From Sedimentisphaerales bacterium (GTDB taxonomy: Bacteria > Planctomycetota > Phycisphaerae > Sedimentisphaerales > Anaerobacaceae): a stretch of 64,000 nt of DNA. Location of the stretch: NCBI GenBank assembly GCA_963708075.1, contig OY970194.1, forward strand, positions 800,001-864,000, given 5' to 3'. Below the pieces are notes generated by a model. It worked only from the letters and a program-made list of their open reading frames with translations. It was not told where the DNA came from and ran no database searches. Made by a program: the position numbers and the translations under genes. Positions 1 to 9,794 of this stretch are shown in pieces (positions within the stretch are counted from its first letter, which is position 1; every line of letters begins with the position of its first letter).

Positions 1-123
1 TACGTGACGATTGTTGCCTTCGGATTGGTTCTGATCGCGACCATAGGGGTCACGATCGCCGGCACGACACAGCACAGGTTTTCTCGGGCGGATCTGCCGG
101 CAACCGCAGCTTCGATAGCGTGA
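1..123 (+). CDS. 3' end of a membrane protein, probably CcsA/HemX-like cytochrome c assembly family (partial)
   Basis: Frame 1 reads YVTIVAFGLVLIATIGVTIAGTTQHRFS...*, a TM helix followed by H-x-F. It lies directly upstream of hemA, the usual position of CcsA/HemX-like genes. Confidence 0.5.
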   Translation, partial: YVTIVAFGLVLIATIGVTIAGTTQHRFSRADLPATAASIA

Positions 124-130
124 GTATCCA

Positions 131-1441
131 ATGAGCATCGTACTTCTCGGCCTGAATCATAAGAGCGCCGCCGTGGAGGTTCGGGAACGGCTGGCATTCA
201 ACGCGTCCCAAGCCGCGGACGCTCTTCGCCAGCTCCAGCAGATGGAGCCCCAGGCCGAGTTCGTCCTGCTGTCCACCTGCAACAGGGTCGAGTTGTACTA
301 TGCGGGCGAGCAGGACTCGCAGGAGATTGCGGGCCGGCTGGTCGCGTTTCTGTCGGCGTTTCACGGCCTGGAGCCGGAGCAGTTCAGGCCGGCCTTGTAC
401 TTCCACGAAAACGAAGATGCGGTGCGCCACCTGCTGCTGGTGACCTCGGGGCTGGACAGTATGGTCGTGGGCGAAGCGCAGATTCTCGGCCAGGTCAAGG
501 AAAGTTACAGCCTCGCCTGTGCGGCCAAGAGCACCGGCAAGATTCTCAACAGGCTCTTTCATTCTGCGTTCTTCACGGCCAAGAGCGTCCACACGAACAC
601 GGCCATCTCCAACGGCCGGGTCAGCGTCGCCGGCGTGGCGGTCGAGCTGGCCCTGCAACTATTCGCCGATATCGCCCGGGCCAGGGTCGTGGTCATCGGC
701 GCCGGCGAGACGGGAGAGCTGGTCGTGCAGCATCTGCTCAAAGCAGGCTGTACGGACGTTACCGTCGTGAATCGGACCTACGAGCGGGCCGTTGAGTTGG
801 CCGAGCGATGCCGGATCGCCACCGGCAAGTGGGAGGAATTGAGCGAGCACATCGGCCGGGCGAATATCGTGATCTCCTCGGCGGCCGTGCAGGATTATCT
901 CTACACCAGAGCGTCATTCGAACAGACCATAAGCAGGCGAAAAGCAGGGTCGCTGCTGATCATTGACGTGGGCGTACCCCGAAACTTCGATCCAACGATC
1001 AACAAGGTTGGCGACGTCTATCTGTACAGCATGGACGAGTTGAAGGAGGTCGCCGAGCAGAATCTCAAGGCCCGCGAAGAGGACGTCACCAGCGGCCTGG
1101 AGATCGTATACGCCGAGGCTGCGAAGTTCATGGACTGGTTCCGCGCGAAGGACATCGGGCCGCTGATCGGCCGGATGCAGGACGAGTTCCGCCAGATTGG
1201 GCGAATGGAGCTCGAGCGATTCCTGGTCGGACCCAGGCAGAACGCCTCCTGCCGATGCTCGCTGGAGGAGACGGTGGATCGCGTGGTGAACAAGCTGCTG
1301 CATTGTGTGATCAAGAACGTCAACGCTGTGGCGAAGGAAACCGGTCCGGCCGAGGCGGCCAAGCTCGTCGATGCCATCCTGAGGCAGGCCCGCGAAATCT
1401 CCTGCCAGCCGGCAGATAACAAGGGGGACGTGCAGACGTGA
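131..1441 (+). CDS. hemA: Glutamyl-tRNA reductase
   Basis: Motifs GLNHKSA, LSTCNRVELY, GLDSMVVGEAQILGQVK, IGAGETG and IIDVGVPRN. Confidence 0.97.
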   Translation: MSIVLLGLNHKSAAVEVRERLAFNASQAADALRQLQQMEPQAEFVLLSTCNRVELYYAGEQDSQEIAGRLVAFLSAFHGLEPEQFRPALYFHENEDAVRHLLLVTSGLDSMVVGEAQILGQVKESYSLACAAKSTGKILNRLFHSAFFTAKSVHTNTAISNGRVSVAGVAVELALQLFADIARARVVVIGAGETGELVVQHLLKAGCTDVTVVNRTYERAVELAERCRIATGKWEELSEHIGRANIVISSAAVQDYLYTRASFEQTISRRKAGSLLIIDVGVPRNFDPTINKVGDVYLYSMDELKEVAEQNLKAREEDVTSGLEIVYAEAAKFMDWFRAKDIGPLIGRMQDEFRQIGRMELERFLVGPRQNASCRCSLEETVDRVVNKLLHCVIKNVNAVAKETGPAEAAKLVDAILRQAREISCQPADNKGDVQT

Positions 1442-2568
1442 GACCCGCAGCGACATCCCAACGAGCCCTGCGCCTGTTATTCTGGGAGACGACGATCCGG
1501 TGCAATCTGGCCTGCGCGCACTGCCGCCGGCTTGAATCAAATGAGGCCGCTCCGGCGGATCTGTCCACCTCGCAGGCGGAGGTTCTCATCGAGCAGCTTG
1601 CCGAGGTGGGCCGACGGCAGCCGCAGATGCCCGTGCTGGTATTCTCAGGCGGCGAGCCGTTATGCCGCAGCGACTTGTTCCATCTGGTGGACAGGGCCCG
1701 CCGGCATGGGATCATTCTCGCGCTGGCCACGAATGGAACGCTGATCGACAGCGACAAGGCCCGGCAGATCCACGACAGCGGGATTGCACGCGTTTCTGTG
1801 AGCCTCGACGGCGCCACCGCCGACGTTCACGACAGGATGCGGCAGATCCCGGGGGCCTTCGACAAGGCGATTCAAGGGATTCGACATCTCCGCGATCATG
1901 CGGTGCCGTTCCAGATCAACGTCACCCTGACGAAACAGACCGCCCCGCAATTGCAGGAGGTTTATGAGCTGGCACGGTCCCTCGGAGCGGTGGCCGTTCA
2001 TATCTTCATGCTTGTCCCCGTTGGCTGTGGGCAGGTGCTGGCCGAGACGGACATGCTGTCGCCCGAGCAATACGAGCAGATCATGCGGGACATCCAGGCA
2101 CTGGAAAGCAGGGGGGAGATTCAGATCAAAGTGACCTGCGGCCCACATTACGAGAGGATCAAAAGACAAATGCGGAGTGCGGAGTGCGGAATGCGGAGTG
2201 GACATGTGACCGCGAATCCGCAATCCGCAATCCACAATCCGCATTCTTCAAAGGGTTGCCTGGCGGGCCTCGGTGTGCTTTTCGTCAGCCATCGAGGCGA
2301 CGTGTACCCCTGCGGCTATCTGCCGATAGATTGCGGCAATATACTGGATAAGACACTCGCACAGATTTGGGATGAGAACGCCGATCTGGCGAGGATACGG
2401 GATGCCGGGGCTTTGGAGGGCAAGTGCGGCCTCTGCGGCTACAAGCAGGTTTGCGGCGGCTGCCGGGCCCGGGCGTTCGGCATGACCGGCAACTACATGG
2501 CCGAAGAACCTTTCTGTGCTTATGTTCCTCCCGGCGCCAAGGGTAAGCCGGGTGAGGTGGATCGATGA
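1438..2568 (+). CDS. ahbD: Radical SAM/SPASM heme b synthase (alternative heme biosynthesis)
   Basis: LRLLFWETTIRCNLACAHC, SGGEPL, TCGPHY, GCLAG and the SPASM motif KCGLC...CGGCRARA. Start overlaps the hemA stop (GTGA). Confidence 0.85.
   Translation: MRPAATSQRALRLLFWETTIRCNLACAHCRRLESNEAAPADLSTSQAEVLIEQLAEVGRRQPQMPVLVFSGGEPLCRSDLFHLVDRARRHGIILALATNGTLIDSDKARQIHDSGIARVSVSLDGATADVHDRMRQIPGAFDKAIQGIRHLRDHAVPFQINVTLTKQTAPQLQEVYELARSLGAVAVHIFMLVPVGCGQVLAETDMLSPEQYEQIMRDIQALESRGEIQIKVTCGPHYERIKRQMRSAECGMRSGHVTANPQSAIHNPHSSKGCLAGLGVLFVSHRGDVYPCGYLPIDCGNILDKTLAQIWDENADLARIRDAGALEGKCGLCGYKQVCGGCRARAFGMTGNYMAEEPFCAYVPPGAKGKPGEVDR
2170..2245. repeat. Heptamer inverted-repeat element inserted in frame inside ahbD
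   Basis: About 4 units of TGCGGAG/TGCGGAA, a short loop, then about 4 units of AATCCGC/AATCCAC. Translates as MRSAECGMRSGHVTANPQSAIHNPHS. Confidence 0.85.
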
Positions 2569-3815
2569 TCAATATCAGCAAGCTGTACTGTGACCAGATC
2601 ACGCCGGGCGATTGGCTTCGTTACGGCCAGAAGGATTCCGGGGAGCGGCGGGGCGAAATCGTCCCCGCACAGGCCTCGGCCAGGAAGCCCATCGTGGTCT
2701 GGAACATCACCCGCAAATGCAACCTGCAGTGCGTCCACTGCTACAACGATAGCGGGATGGGCAGAACCTGCAACGAAATCTCCACGGACCATGCCAAGGC
2801 CGTCATCGATGATCTGGCCGGCTTCGGCGTGCCATCGATCCTCTTTTCGGGCGGCGAGCCCATGTTGCGTCATGACCTTTTCGAGTTGATTGAGTACGCG
2901 GTCGGCAAGGGGCTGCGGACGGTCATCTCGACCAATGGGACGCTCATAGGCGAGGAGAAGGCCCGGGAGATCAAGCGGCTTGGCGTCTCTTACGTGGGAA
3001 TCAGCCTCGACGGCATCGGCCCGATCAATGACAAGTTCCGAGGCGTCTCCGGGGCATTCGAGCGGGCGGTCCAGGGCATTCGCAACTGCCAGAATACCGG
3101 CGTGCGGGTCGGCCTGCGATTGACGCTGACCCGAAGGAACGTCCAGGATGTCGAGGGGCTGTTTGACTTCTTCGAGGCTGAGGGCGTCGAGCGGGTATGC
3201 TTCTACCATCTGGTCCCCAGCGGCCGGGGCGCGGCTATTGCCAGCGAGGACCTGACCCACGCCCAGGCGCGAGACGCATTGGACCGCATCCTCGCCAAAG
3301 CCCGGTTCTTCAAACAGGCCGGACGCAAAACGGACATCCTGACTGTCGACAATCACGTGGATGGCGTCTATCTCTACCGGAAACTCCTGGCGGCGGGGGA
3401 CTCGCGGGCACCGGACGTCTGGAAACTCCTCACGTGGAATGGCGGCGGCCTCTATAGCAGCGGTGTGGGCATTGGGTGCATCGATTACAATGGCAATGTC
3501 CACCCGGACCAGTTCTGGTGGCGGTACGATCTGGGCAGCGTTCACCAAAGGCCGTTCAGCGAGATTTGGACCAATCCCGACGAACCATTGCTGAAAGGGC
3601 TCCGGGACCGGCGATCGCGGATCAAGGGCCGGTGCCGGTTATGCCGGTTCTTTGACGCCTGTGGCGGCAGTCTGCGGGTGCGAGCCGACGCGTACTTCGG
3701 GGACCCCTGGGCTCCAGACCCGGCCTGCTACCTTACCGATAATGAGATCGGTCTGGGTGAAGCGCAGTGTCAGGAACTCGCGAACGCCGGCGAGTGGTTC
3801 GACATGCCGGAGTAG
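2565..3815 (+). CDS. ahbC: Radical SAM 12,18-didecarboxysiroheme deacetylase
   Basis: N-terminus MINISKLYC...DWLRYG...KPIVVWNITRKCNLQCVHCY, plus CFYHLV, LTVDNHVDG and DPACYL. Confidence 0.87.
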   Translation: MINISKLYCDQITPGDWLRYGQKDSGERRGEIVPAQASARKPIVVWNITRKCNLQCVHCYNDSGMGRTCNEISTDHAKAVIDDLAGFGVPSILFSGGEPMLRHDLFELIEYAVGKGLRTVISTNGTLIGEEKAREIKRLGVSYVGISLDGIGPINDKFRGVSGAFERAVQGIRNCQNTGVRVGLRLTLTRRNVQDVEGLFDFFEAEGVERVCFYHLVPSGRGAAIASEDLTHAQARDALDRILAKARFFKQAGRKTDILTVDNHVDGVYLYRKLLAAGDSRAPDVWKLLTWNGGGLYSSGVGIGCIDYNGNVHPDQFWWRYDLGSVHQRPFSEIWTNPDEPLLKGLRDRRSRIKGRCRLCRFFDACGGSLRVRADAYFGDPWAPDPACYLTDNEIGLGEAQCQELANAGEWFDMPE

Positions 3816-3914
3816 ACGCGACATATCTGTAGCTCCTGTCGAGACTTGGGCCGCCGGACGAAACTGAGTGCATGCAGGGACGGGGCCGGTGCAGGATAGC
3901 GTCGCGCTTATATA

Positions 3915-3930
3915 TTCTCAAATCTGAGAC
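3915..3930. promoter_or_regulatory. Palindromic regulator site TTCTCA-AATC-TGAGAC
   Basis: Same motif recurs at 7912, 8438 and 14837-14908. Lies just upstream of a -35 box. Confidence 0.65.
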
Positions 3931-3937
3931 TTTTTCC

Positions 3938-3966
3938 TTGTCTACTCAGTGGACAGTCGTTATGAT
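3938..3966 (+). promoter_or_regulatory. sigma70-type promoter for the two-component genes
   Basis: TTGTCT-N17-TATGAT. Confidence 0.55.
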
Positions 3967-4065
3967 AAGGGAGGATGAAGGTGTAACGGCTGTTTGCGTG
4001 TTCGGTGGGGAGCGGGGATCCTGGAATTATCCAGCGGCTCATGTTGGGATAGACCGAGGACAGGC

Positions 4066-5865
4066 ATGGTTGCAGAGACCTATGGACTTCACAGTTCGGC
4101 GGATACGGACGGCCGCTTCCATGGATCGCTTGCCGACCAGATTCTGTGGCTGATATCTCTGCGCTGGGTCGCCGTCGGACTGGTCGTAATCGGGACATTG
4201 TCGGGGACATTCCTGTTCCCTGTGGTCGTGGCCCCGCAACCTCTCTACGTCACTGCCGTGGTCCTGCTGGCGTGCAACGTCGGCTATGCCATCGCCGCCG
4301 CAAGGAGCCGTCGCGGCAGGCGAGGGGGTCCCGTCACTCAGGCCATGGTGCAGATGGAGGTGGATCTGCTGGTCCTGACGGCCGTTCTGCATTTTTCCGG
4401 CGGCACCGCGAATCCGTTCTTCTTGTTCTATGTATTTCACGTGATCATCGCGACCATCATCCTGCCGCGAAACCTGTCTTTCGCCGTGGGTTTGACGGCC
4501 ATCGCGTTGTTCGGTCTGCTGGCGGCGGACGAGTTGAATGGCGGGGCGATGCTGGGCCGTTATCCCTTGCAGCTTTCGGCCGGTGGCGGACTTTGGCGCA
4601 ACCCCGTGTATGGGCTGGCGGCTTTCGTGGCTTTCGCCAGCACCGTGATGATCGCTCAGTACCTGACCCATATGATTCTCGCGCGCATGGCGTCAAAAGA
4701 GCTGGAGGCCGCCAGAAACAGCGATCTGCTTCGGGCCATCATCAACGCCATGGCGGAAGGGCTCGTATTTGTGACCACGGATGGGCAGGTCGCTCTGTGC
4801 AACCCCGCCGCCAGGCGATGGCGACAGGACGGCCGCGGGCCAACGGGTGAGTCCGCTGACGGCTTTCCGGCGATTCTGGCCGAACACATCGAGGCCGTGG
4901 GATCGCCACAGCAGGAAAAGACCATTCAGTTTCGCACGGATGGGCCGACGCAGCGGTTCATCGAGGCCAGAAGCTGTCCTGTGGCCGGCCTCAATGGCAC
5001 GCCATTGGGACGCGTCATCGTAGGCCAGGATTTGACGGAGCACAAGAAGCTGGAAGCCGACCTGCTGGACCGCACGGAGCAGGTGACGATGATCAACGAG
5101 ACGCTGAAGATGTCCCAGGTGCGGATGGCGCAGCGGGAGAAGATGGTTGCCCTGGGGCAGATGGCGGCGGGCATCGCACACGAGATCGGCAACCCGTTGA
5201 CGAGCCTGTCGTCCGTCATGCAGTACGTCAGCCGAAAGAGCACCGACCCGGAGCTCAAGGAATTATGTTCCGTCGTGGACCATCATGTGGGCCGGATCTC
5301 CGCGATCCTGCGGCGCATGTTGGACCAGGCACGGCCGGTCACCTCGGAGTACAAATGGGTGGACGTGAACGCACTGATCGAAAACACTGTGTCCCTGATC
5401 CGATTCGACCCGCGGGCCCGGGGCATCACGATCGTGGACGTACCCGACACCGGACTACCCATGGTGTGGCTCAATCCACAGAACCTGGAGCAGTGCCTTC
5501 TCAATATCGTGCTGAATGCGCTCGATGCCATCGAGGCCAAGGGGGCCGGACACGAACACACGATTGAGGTGACGAGGACTTTCAGGAACGAAATGGTCGA
5601 GATTCGCATCCGCGACACGGGCGTGGGAATGAGCCCGGAGGTTTGCCGTCGCGCGTTCGAGTCGTTCTTCACGACCAAGGAGATCAGCAAGGGGACAGGC
5701 CTGGGCCTGTTCATCAGCTACAACCTGATCACGGAAGTGGACGGCGCCATCGAGTTGGAATCCGAGCCGGGCAAAGGAACGACGGCGATCGTTCGCATCC
5801 CGGTGAGGCCCAAGAAGGACCTCATTGGACCCGGCCGGTCGGAAGATGCAGGAGAGACCCGATGA
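4066..5865 (+). CDS. Membrane sensor histidine kinase (multi-TM input with GGTANPF, PAS-like domain, HisKA, HATPase)
   Basis: About 6 TM helices, AHEIGNPL H-box, NALDA, DTGVG and GTGLGL. ATG at 4066 follows GAGGA (ORF track starts at 3994). Confidence 0.93.
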   Translation: MVAETYGLHSSADTDGRFHGSLADQILWLISLRWVAVGLVVIGTLSGTFLFPVVVAPQPLYVTAVVLLACNVGYAIAAARSRRGRRGGPVTQAMVQMEVDLLVLTAVLHFSGGTANPFFLFYVFHVIIATIILPRNLSFAVGLTAIALFGLLAADELNGGAMLGRYPLQLSAGGGLWRNPVYGLAAFVAFASTVMIAQYLTHMILARMASKELEAARNSDLLRAIINAMAEGLVFVTTDGQVALCNPAARRWRQDGRGPTGESADGFPAILAEHIEAVGSPQQEKTIQFRTDGPTQRFIEARSCPVAGLNGTPLGRVIVGQDLTEHKKLEADLLDRTEQVTMINETLKMSQVRMAQREKMVALGQMAAGIAHEIGNPLTSLSSVMQYVSRKSTDPELKELCSVVDHHVGRISAILRRMLDQARPVTSEYKWVDVNALIENTVSLIRFDPRARGITIVDVPDTGLPMVWLNPQNLEQCLLNIVLNALDAIEAKGAGHEHTIEVTRTFRNEMVEIRIRDTGVGMSPEVCRRAFESFFTTKEISKGTGLGLFISYNLITEVDGAIELESEPGKGTTAIVRIPVRPKKDLIGPGRSEDAGETR

Positions 5866-5918
5866 ACGAACCGGCAGAACGAAGTTCGATGATCTTCAGT
5901 CAAGAGAGTACGTAGCCT

Positions 5919-7304
5919 ATGCCTGAGCAAAAACCGCAGATCCTTCTGGCCGACGACGAAGCCACGTTCCGCGAGACCTTCACCAAGGTTCTTGAAGAGG
6001 AAGGGTTCGCCGTAACGGCGGTCTGTGACGGCCGCGAGGCGACGGCCGCCATCATGAGGCAGCCCTATGCCGTGGCCATCCTGGATATCCAGATGCCTGG
6101 AAGTGATGGAATCAGCGTCTTGCGGGAGATCACGGCGATTCGGCCCCAGACGCGGACCATTATGGTGACCGCCTATGGAACCGTGGAGATGGCCGTCGAA
6201 GCCATCAAGCTCGGGGCCTGCGATTACGTGATGAAACCGGTCAACTTCGATGAAATGCTCACGAAGATCCGTCAGCACCTGCGCTACGTGGAGCTGGAGG
6301 CGGAGAACCAGAAGCTCCGCGATGAGTTGAACGGGCGTTTCGACATCAGCCAGATCATCGGGGAAACGCGGGTCATGAAACAGGTCTTCGAGACCGTGCG
6401 CAAGGTCGCGCCGACCCGCAGCAACGTGCTGATCACGGGTGAGAGCGGGACAGGCAAGGAGCTTGTCGCGCACGCCATTCACGCGCTGAGCACGACCAAT
6501 GGCGGCCGGTTCATCGCCGTCAACTGCAGCGCGATTCCGGAGACACTGCTCGAGAGCGAGTTGTTCGGCCATAAACGAGGCAGTTTCACCTCCGCCTTTG
6601 AGGACAAAAAAGGACTCTTTGAGATGGCTCGCGGCGGGACGTTGTTCCTCGACGAGATCGGCCATATGTCGCTGGGCTGCCAGGTCAAGCTGCTCCGTGC
6701 GGTGGAACAGAGGCAGATCCTGCCGGTGGGCTCGACGACACCTGTCGACATCAACCTGCGTCTGATCGCGGCGACGAACCGGGACCTTATGAAGGAGATC
6801 AAGGAAGCTCGATTCCGGGAGGACCTCTTCTATCGCCTGAATGTCGTCGGCATCCACCTGCCTGCCCTGCGCGAGCGGCGTGACGATGTTCCTCTGCTGG
6901 TCCGGCACTTTGTGAAAAAGTACAACGCCGAGATGGGCAAGCACTGCACGGGAGTCAGCGAGGACGTTATGAAGATGCTCACGGATCATGATTGGCGGGG
7001 CAATGTCCGGGAGTTGCAGAACGTGATCGAACGAGCCGTGATATTTGCCGAGAGCGAGGTCATCGAGCTTGCGGATATCGGCTTCACCGGTTCCGACGCT
7101 ACGGCCGATGTGGAGGACCAGGAAGGTTTGCAGGCTTCGATCCGAGCGTACGAGAAAGAGCAAATCTACAGAGCGCTTGCCAAGTATGATTGGGACAAGG
7201 CCGAGACTGCAAAAGCGTTGGGAATAGGAGTCTCGAGTCTGTACAGGAAGATCGATGAACTTGGGATCGTCAATCGCAGAGAACGGTCCCGGAAGATGGA
7301 GTAG
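5919..7304 (+). CDS. sigma54-dependent NtrC/AtoC-family response regulator
   Basis: REC domain (LADDE, DIQMP), GESGTGKE, GSFTSA (GAFTGA-like loop), LFLDEIG, WRGNVRELQN and a Fis-type HTH. Confidence 0.95.
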   Translation: MPEQKPQILLADDEATFRETFTKVLEEEGFAVTAVCDGREATAAIMRQPYAVAILDIQMPGSDGISVLREITAIRPQTRTIMVTAYGTVEMAVEAIKLGACDYVMKPVNFDEMLTKIRQHLRYVELEAENQKLRDELNGRFDISQIIGETRVMKQVFETVRKVAPTRSNVLITGESGTGKELVAHAIHALSTTNGGRFIAVNCSAIPETLLESELFGHKRGSFTSAFEDKKGLFEMARGGTLFLDEIGHMSLGCQVKLLRAVEQRQILPVGSTTPVDINLRLIAATNRDLMKEIKEARFREDLFYRLNVVGIHLPALRERRDDVPLLVRHFVKKYNAEMGKHCTGVSEDVMKMLTDHDWRGNVRELQNVIERAVIFAESEVIELADIGFTGSDATADVEDQEGLQASIRAYEKEQIYRALAKYDWDKAETAKALGIGVSSLYRKIDELGIVNRRERSRKME

Positions 7305-7330
7305 CGGAGTCGATTCCGCGGGATATCTGA

Positions 7331-7792
7331 ATGAAGATTAGCCGGGCTTCAGCCTATGCGTTACACGCGTTGATGTACATGGTCCGACACGTGACCCAGT
7401 TGCCGGCGACCGGGAAGGCCATTGCCAAGGCGGAAGGCATCCCGGCCGGGTATCTGGCCAAGGTGTTGCAGCAGTTGGTCAAGGGGGGCTTTCTCCGGTC
7501 GGTGAAAGGCCGTGAGCGAGGGTATGTCTTCGCCAGGCCGCCGGAGGAGATCACTCTGCTCGAAGTGTTCGAAACGGTCGAGGGCAGACCTCTGTTTGAG
7601 GACTGTCCGCTGAGGCATTGCGCCTGTGGTGGAACGACCCAGAGCTGCCGCATCTTCTATCAGTGGACGATGGCTACCCGAAAATTCAGAACTCTGCTGG
7701 ATGAGACGACGATCGCGATGGCTGCCTGGAACCATCCGGAGCACCGCTTCGACGTGTTGCCGAGTGTCACCTCGATGGAGGAAGCCGGTTGA
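7331..7792 (+). CDS. Rrf2-family transcriptional regulator with Cys cluster (putative Fe-S sensor)
   Basis: YALHAL...YLAKVLQQL...GYVFARPPEEITLLEV and CPLRHCACGGTTQSC. Confidence 0.9.
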   Translation: MKISRASAYALHALMYMVRHVTQLPATGKAIAKAEGIPAGYLAKVLQQLVKGGFLRSVKGRERGYVFARPPEEITLLEVFETVEGRPLFEDCPLRHCACGGTTQSCRIFYQWTMATRKFRTLLDETTIAMAAWNHPEHRFDVLPSVTSMEEAG

Positions 7793-7911
7793 ATCTGACC
7801 GCTTCATACTGCCTGCGCTGCAGGGTGCGCTCTGTCATCAGACGAGTGAGTTTCCGTCCTTTTCCCCGGACCTCAGCAAAAAACAAAGCCCAAAATGCAA
7901 AATTCTGAAGA

Positions 7912-7927
7912 TTCTCGCAGATGAGAA
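7912..7927. promoter_or_regulatory. Palindromic regulator site TTCTCG-CAGA-TGAGAA
   Basis: Copy of the island motif overlapping the ahbA start region. Confidence 0.55.
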
Positions 7928-8385
7928 TGGATGACTTGGATCGTAGAATCCTGGATGCCTTGCAGTACGATTTCCCGCTGAGCGAACGGCCTTTCGATGT
8001 CCTCGCGGAACGGCTGGGGCTCGATGCCGACCTGCTGTGGCAACGCGTGGAACGCATGATCGAGCAGGGGGTAATCCGCCGGCTTGGGGCCAGCATCGAT
8101 TCGAGAAAGCTGGGTTTCTGCAGCACACTGGCGGCGGTTCGTGTCCGGCCGGAGAACGTGGAGCGGGCGGCCGAGGTGATCGGCCGACATTGTGAGGTGA
8201 CGCACAGCTATCTGCGCGACCACGAATTCAACATCTGGTTCACCATCATCGCGGCCGACAACGGCAAGATCACGGCGATACTCGATGAGGTTCGCGGGGA
8301 CTTGTCGTTGGACCCGTCCGACATTCTGAACCTCCCTATGAAACGCATGTTCAAGCTGGATGCGCGTTTCAGTGCCCGGCCATAG
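7921..8385 (+). CDS. ahbA: Siroheme decarboxylase subunit (Lrp/AsnC-like, AhbA/NirD type)
   Basis: LQYDFPLSERPF, IRRLGASIDSRKLGFCSTL and HSYLRDHEFNIWFT. The true start may be ATG 7927. Confidence 0.8.
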   Translation: MRMDDLDRRILDALQYDFPLSERPFDVLAERLGLDADLLWQRVERMIEQGVIRRLGASIDSRKLGFCSTLAAVRVRPENVERAAEVIGRHCEVTHSYLRDHEFNIWFTIIAADNGKITAILDEVRGDLSLDPSDILNLPMKRMFKLDARFSARP

Positions 8386-8437
8386 ATCACTCGCACACCG
8401 ATATCCTTTGAACAAGCCCGTTGATTGCCCTTCGGAA

Positions 8438-8453
8438 TTCTCATATCTGAGAA
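8438..8453. promoter_or_regulatory. Palindromic regulator site TTCTCA-TATC-TGAGAA (perfect 6-bp arms)
   Basis: Intergenic, about 145 bp upstream of a sigma54-like element. Confidence 0.7.
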
Positions 8454-8596
8454 CGTTCTGTCGGGAGGCCGGTTCCTGTCTATCCATCGCCAGTCCCGTG
8501 GATTGAACACGCTGTGACCGTTCGATAGCATGAAGGACGGACAAGAGCTCCGCGGAGAACCCGCGTGATCGTCGCGAGTAGTCTCTGCGGACTCTA

Positions 8597-8612
8597 TGGC
8601 AAGGTTTTTTCG
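8597..8612 (+). promoter_or_regulatory. Possible variant sigma54 promoter
   Basis: TGGCAAGGTTTTTTCG: good -24 element, but -12 is TC rather than GC. About 30 bp before ATG 8643. Confidence 0.35.
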
Positions 8613-8642
8613 GGTCTGCTCATTCAAAACCCAGGTAGGCTT

Positions 8643-9698
8643 ATGATAACTCTGTTCGGAAAAGATGCCTGTCTGCACGCGGGAAACGGGTCGAGCCTGT
8701 CCCGGATCTTGCGACCGATCCTGCCCGACCTGGAGGTGGTGCAGGGACATCTGGCCAACACGCTCCGGGACACCAATGATGGATCGGTGCGTCAGGTCGT
8801 TGATTTCCTGCTCGAATCGCCGGGCAAACGGATGCGACCGGCCCTGGCGCTTCTTTCATCTCGGGCTGCCCTTGGGAAGGGCAATGGCTCACCCGATCTG
8901 GGGCGTGCCTCGCTGAACGTGGCGGCGGCGGCGGAACTCATCCACATGGCCTCGCTGGTCCATGATGACCTGATTGACGCCGCCCTGGTTCGCCATCACC
9001 GCCCCAGCGTCCCCGCGAAATGGGGCAGGAGGGTTTCCGCGGCTGTGGGCGACCACCTGTGCGGAAAAGCGTTCCAGTTGGTGGCCGACTGCGCCGACCC
9101 GCGTCTTTTCGCGATTCTGGGCTCGCCGTTGTGTGCCATGTGCGAAGGAGAACTGATGCAGGTCGCCGGGCGGGGCGATTTCAGTCTCTCCGAGGAGAAC
9201 TGCCTGGCGGTCGTTGAGAAGAAGACGGCAGCTCTATTCAGTGCCTGCTGCGCCGCCGGAGCGATTACGACCGCCCGCGAGCCCATGGCATGTGAGACGC
9301 TTGGGAAGTTCGGGTATCACTATGGCGTTGCGTTCCAGATCCTCGATGACTGCAAGGACCTGCTGAGCGATGAGAAGCGGCTTGGGAAAACGCCGGGACA
9401 GGACCTCGTGGCAGGTGATGTGACCTTGCCCCTGTTGTATCTGATCGGGAACTTCCTGCGGCGCGGCGAGACGCCGTTGGAGTTGAGCCGCAGGGCAGTC
9501 GGGGAAAGGGACCTGGTTCGGCTGGGCAGGGCCTTCCATTCATCGTCAGCGCCGGGAAAGATCGCTCGATTGATTGCATCGCACATCAGCCGGGCCAGAC
9601 AGCAGTTGGAATCGCTCGTCGATTCCGAGTTCAAGGTCAGCCTTCAGCAGTTGGCAGACCATATAGCCATATCCATTTCTGATGTTCTTGCGAGGTGA
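8643..9698 (+). CDS. Polyprenyl diphosphate synthase (IspB/HepT-like)
   Basis: GKRMRP, HMASLVHDDLID, KKTAALF, FQILDDCKD and GKTPGQDL. ATG 8643 is preferred over the ORF-track start at 8565. Confidence 0.92.
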   Translation: MITLFGKDACLHAGNGSSLSRILRPILPDLEVVQGHLANTLRDTNDGSVRQVVDFLLESPGKRMRPALALLSSRAALGKGNGSPDLGRASLNVAAAAELIHMASLVHDDLIDAALVRHHRPSVPAKWGRRVSAAVGDHLCGKAFQLVADCADPRLFAILGSPLCAMCEGELMQVAGRGDFSLSEENCLAVVEKKTAALFSACCAAGAITTAREPMACETLGKFGYHYGVAFQILDDCKDLLSDEKRLGKTPGQDLVAGDVTLPLLYLIGNFLRRGETPLELSRRAVGERDLVRLGRAFHSSSAPGKIARLIASHISRARQQLESLVDSEFKVSLQQLADHIAISISDVLAR

Positions 9699-9794
9699 GC
9701 ATGTGGAGAGGCGAAGGGCCATGATGGTTGATGATGATGGGAAGATCGTCACCCTCGCTCAGCCATCCATCCTGCGTCCTCCCATGAGAATGAA

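Noticed and set aside
9720..9770. Imperfect stem-loop GATGGTTGA...TCAGCCATC before the NapC-like gene
   Set aside because: No U-tract and no recognisable riboswitch features; cannot be supported.
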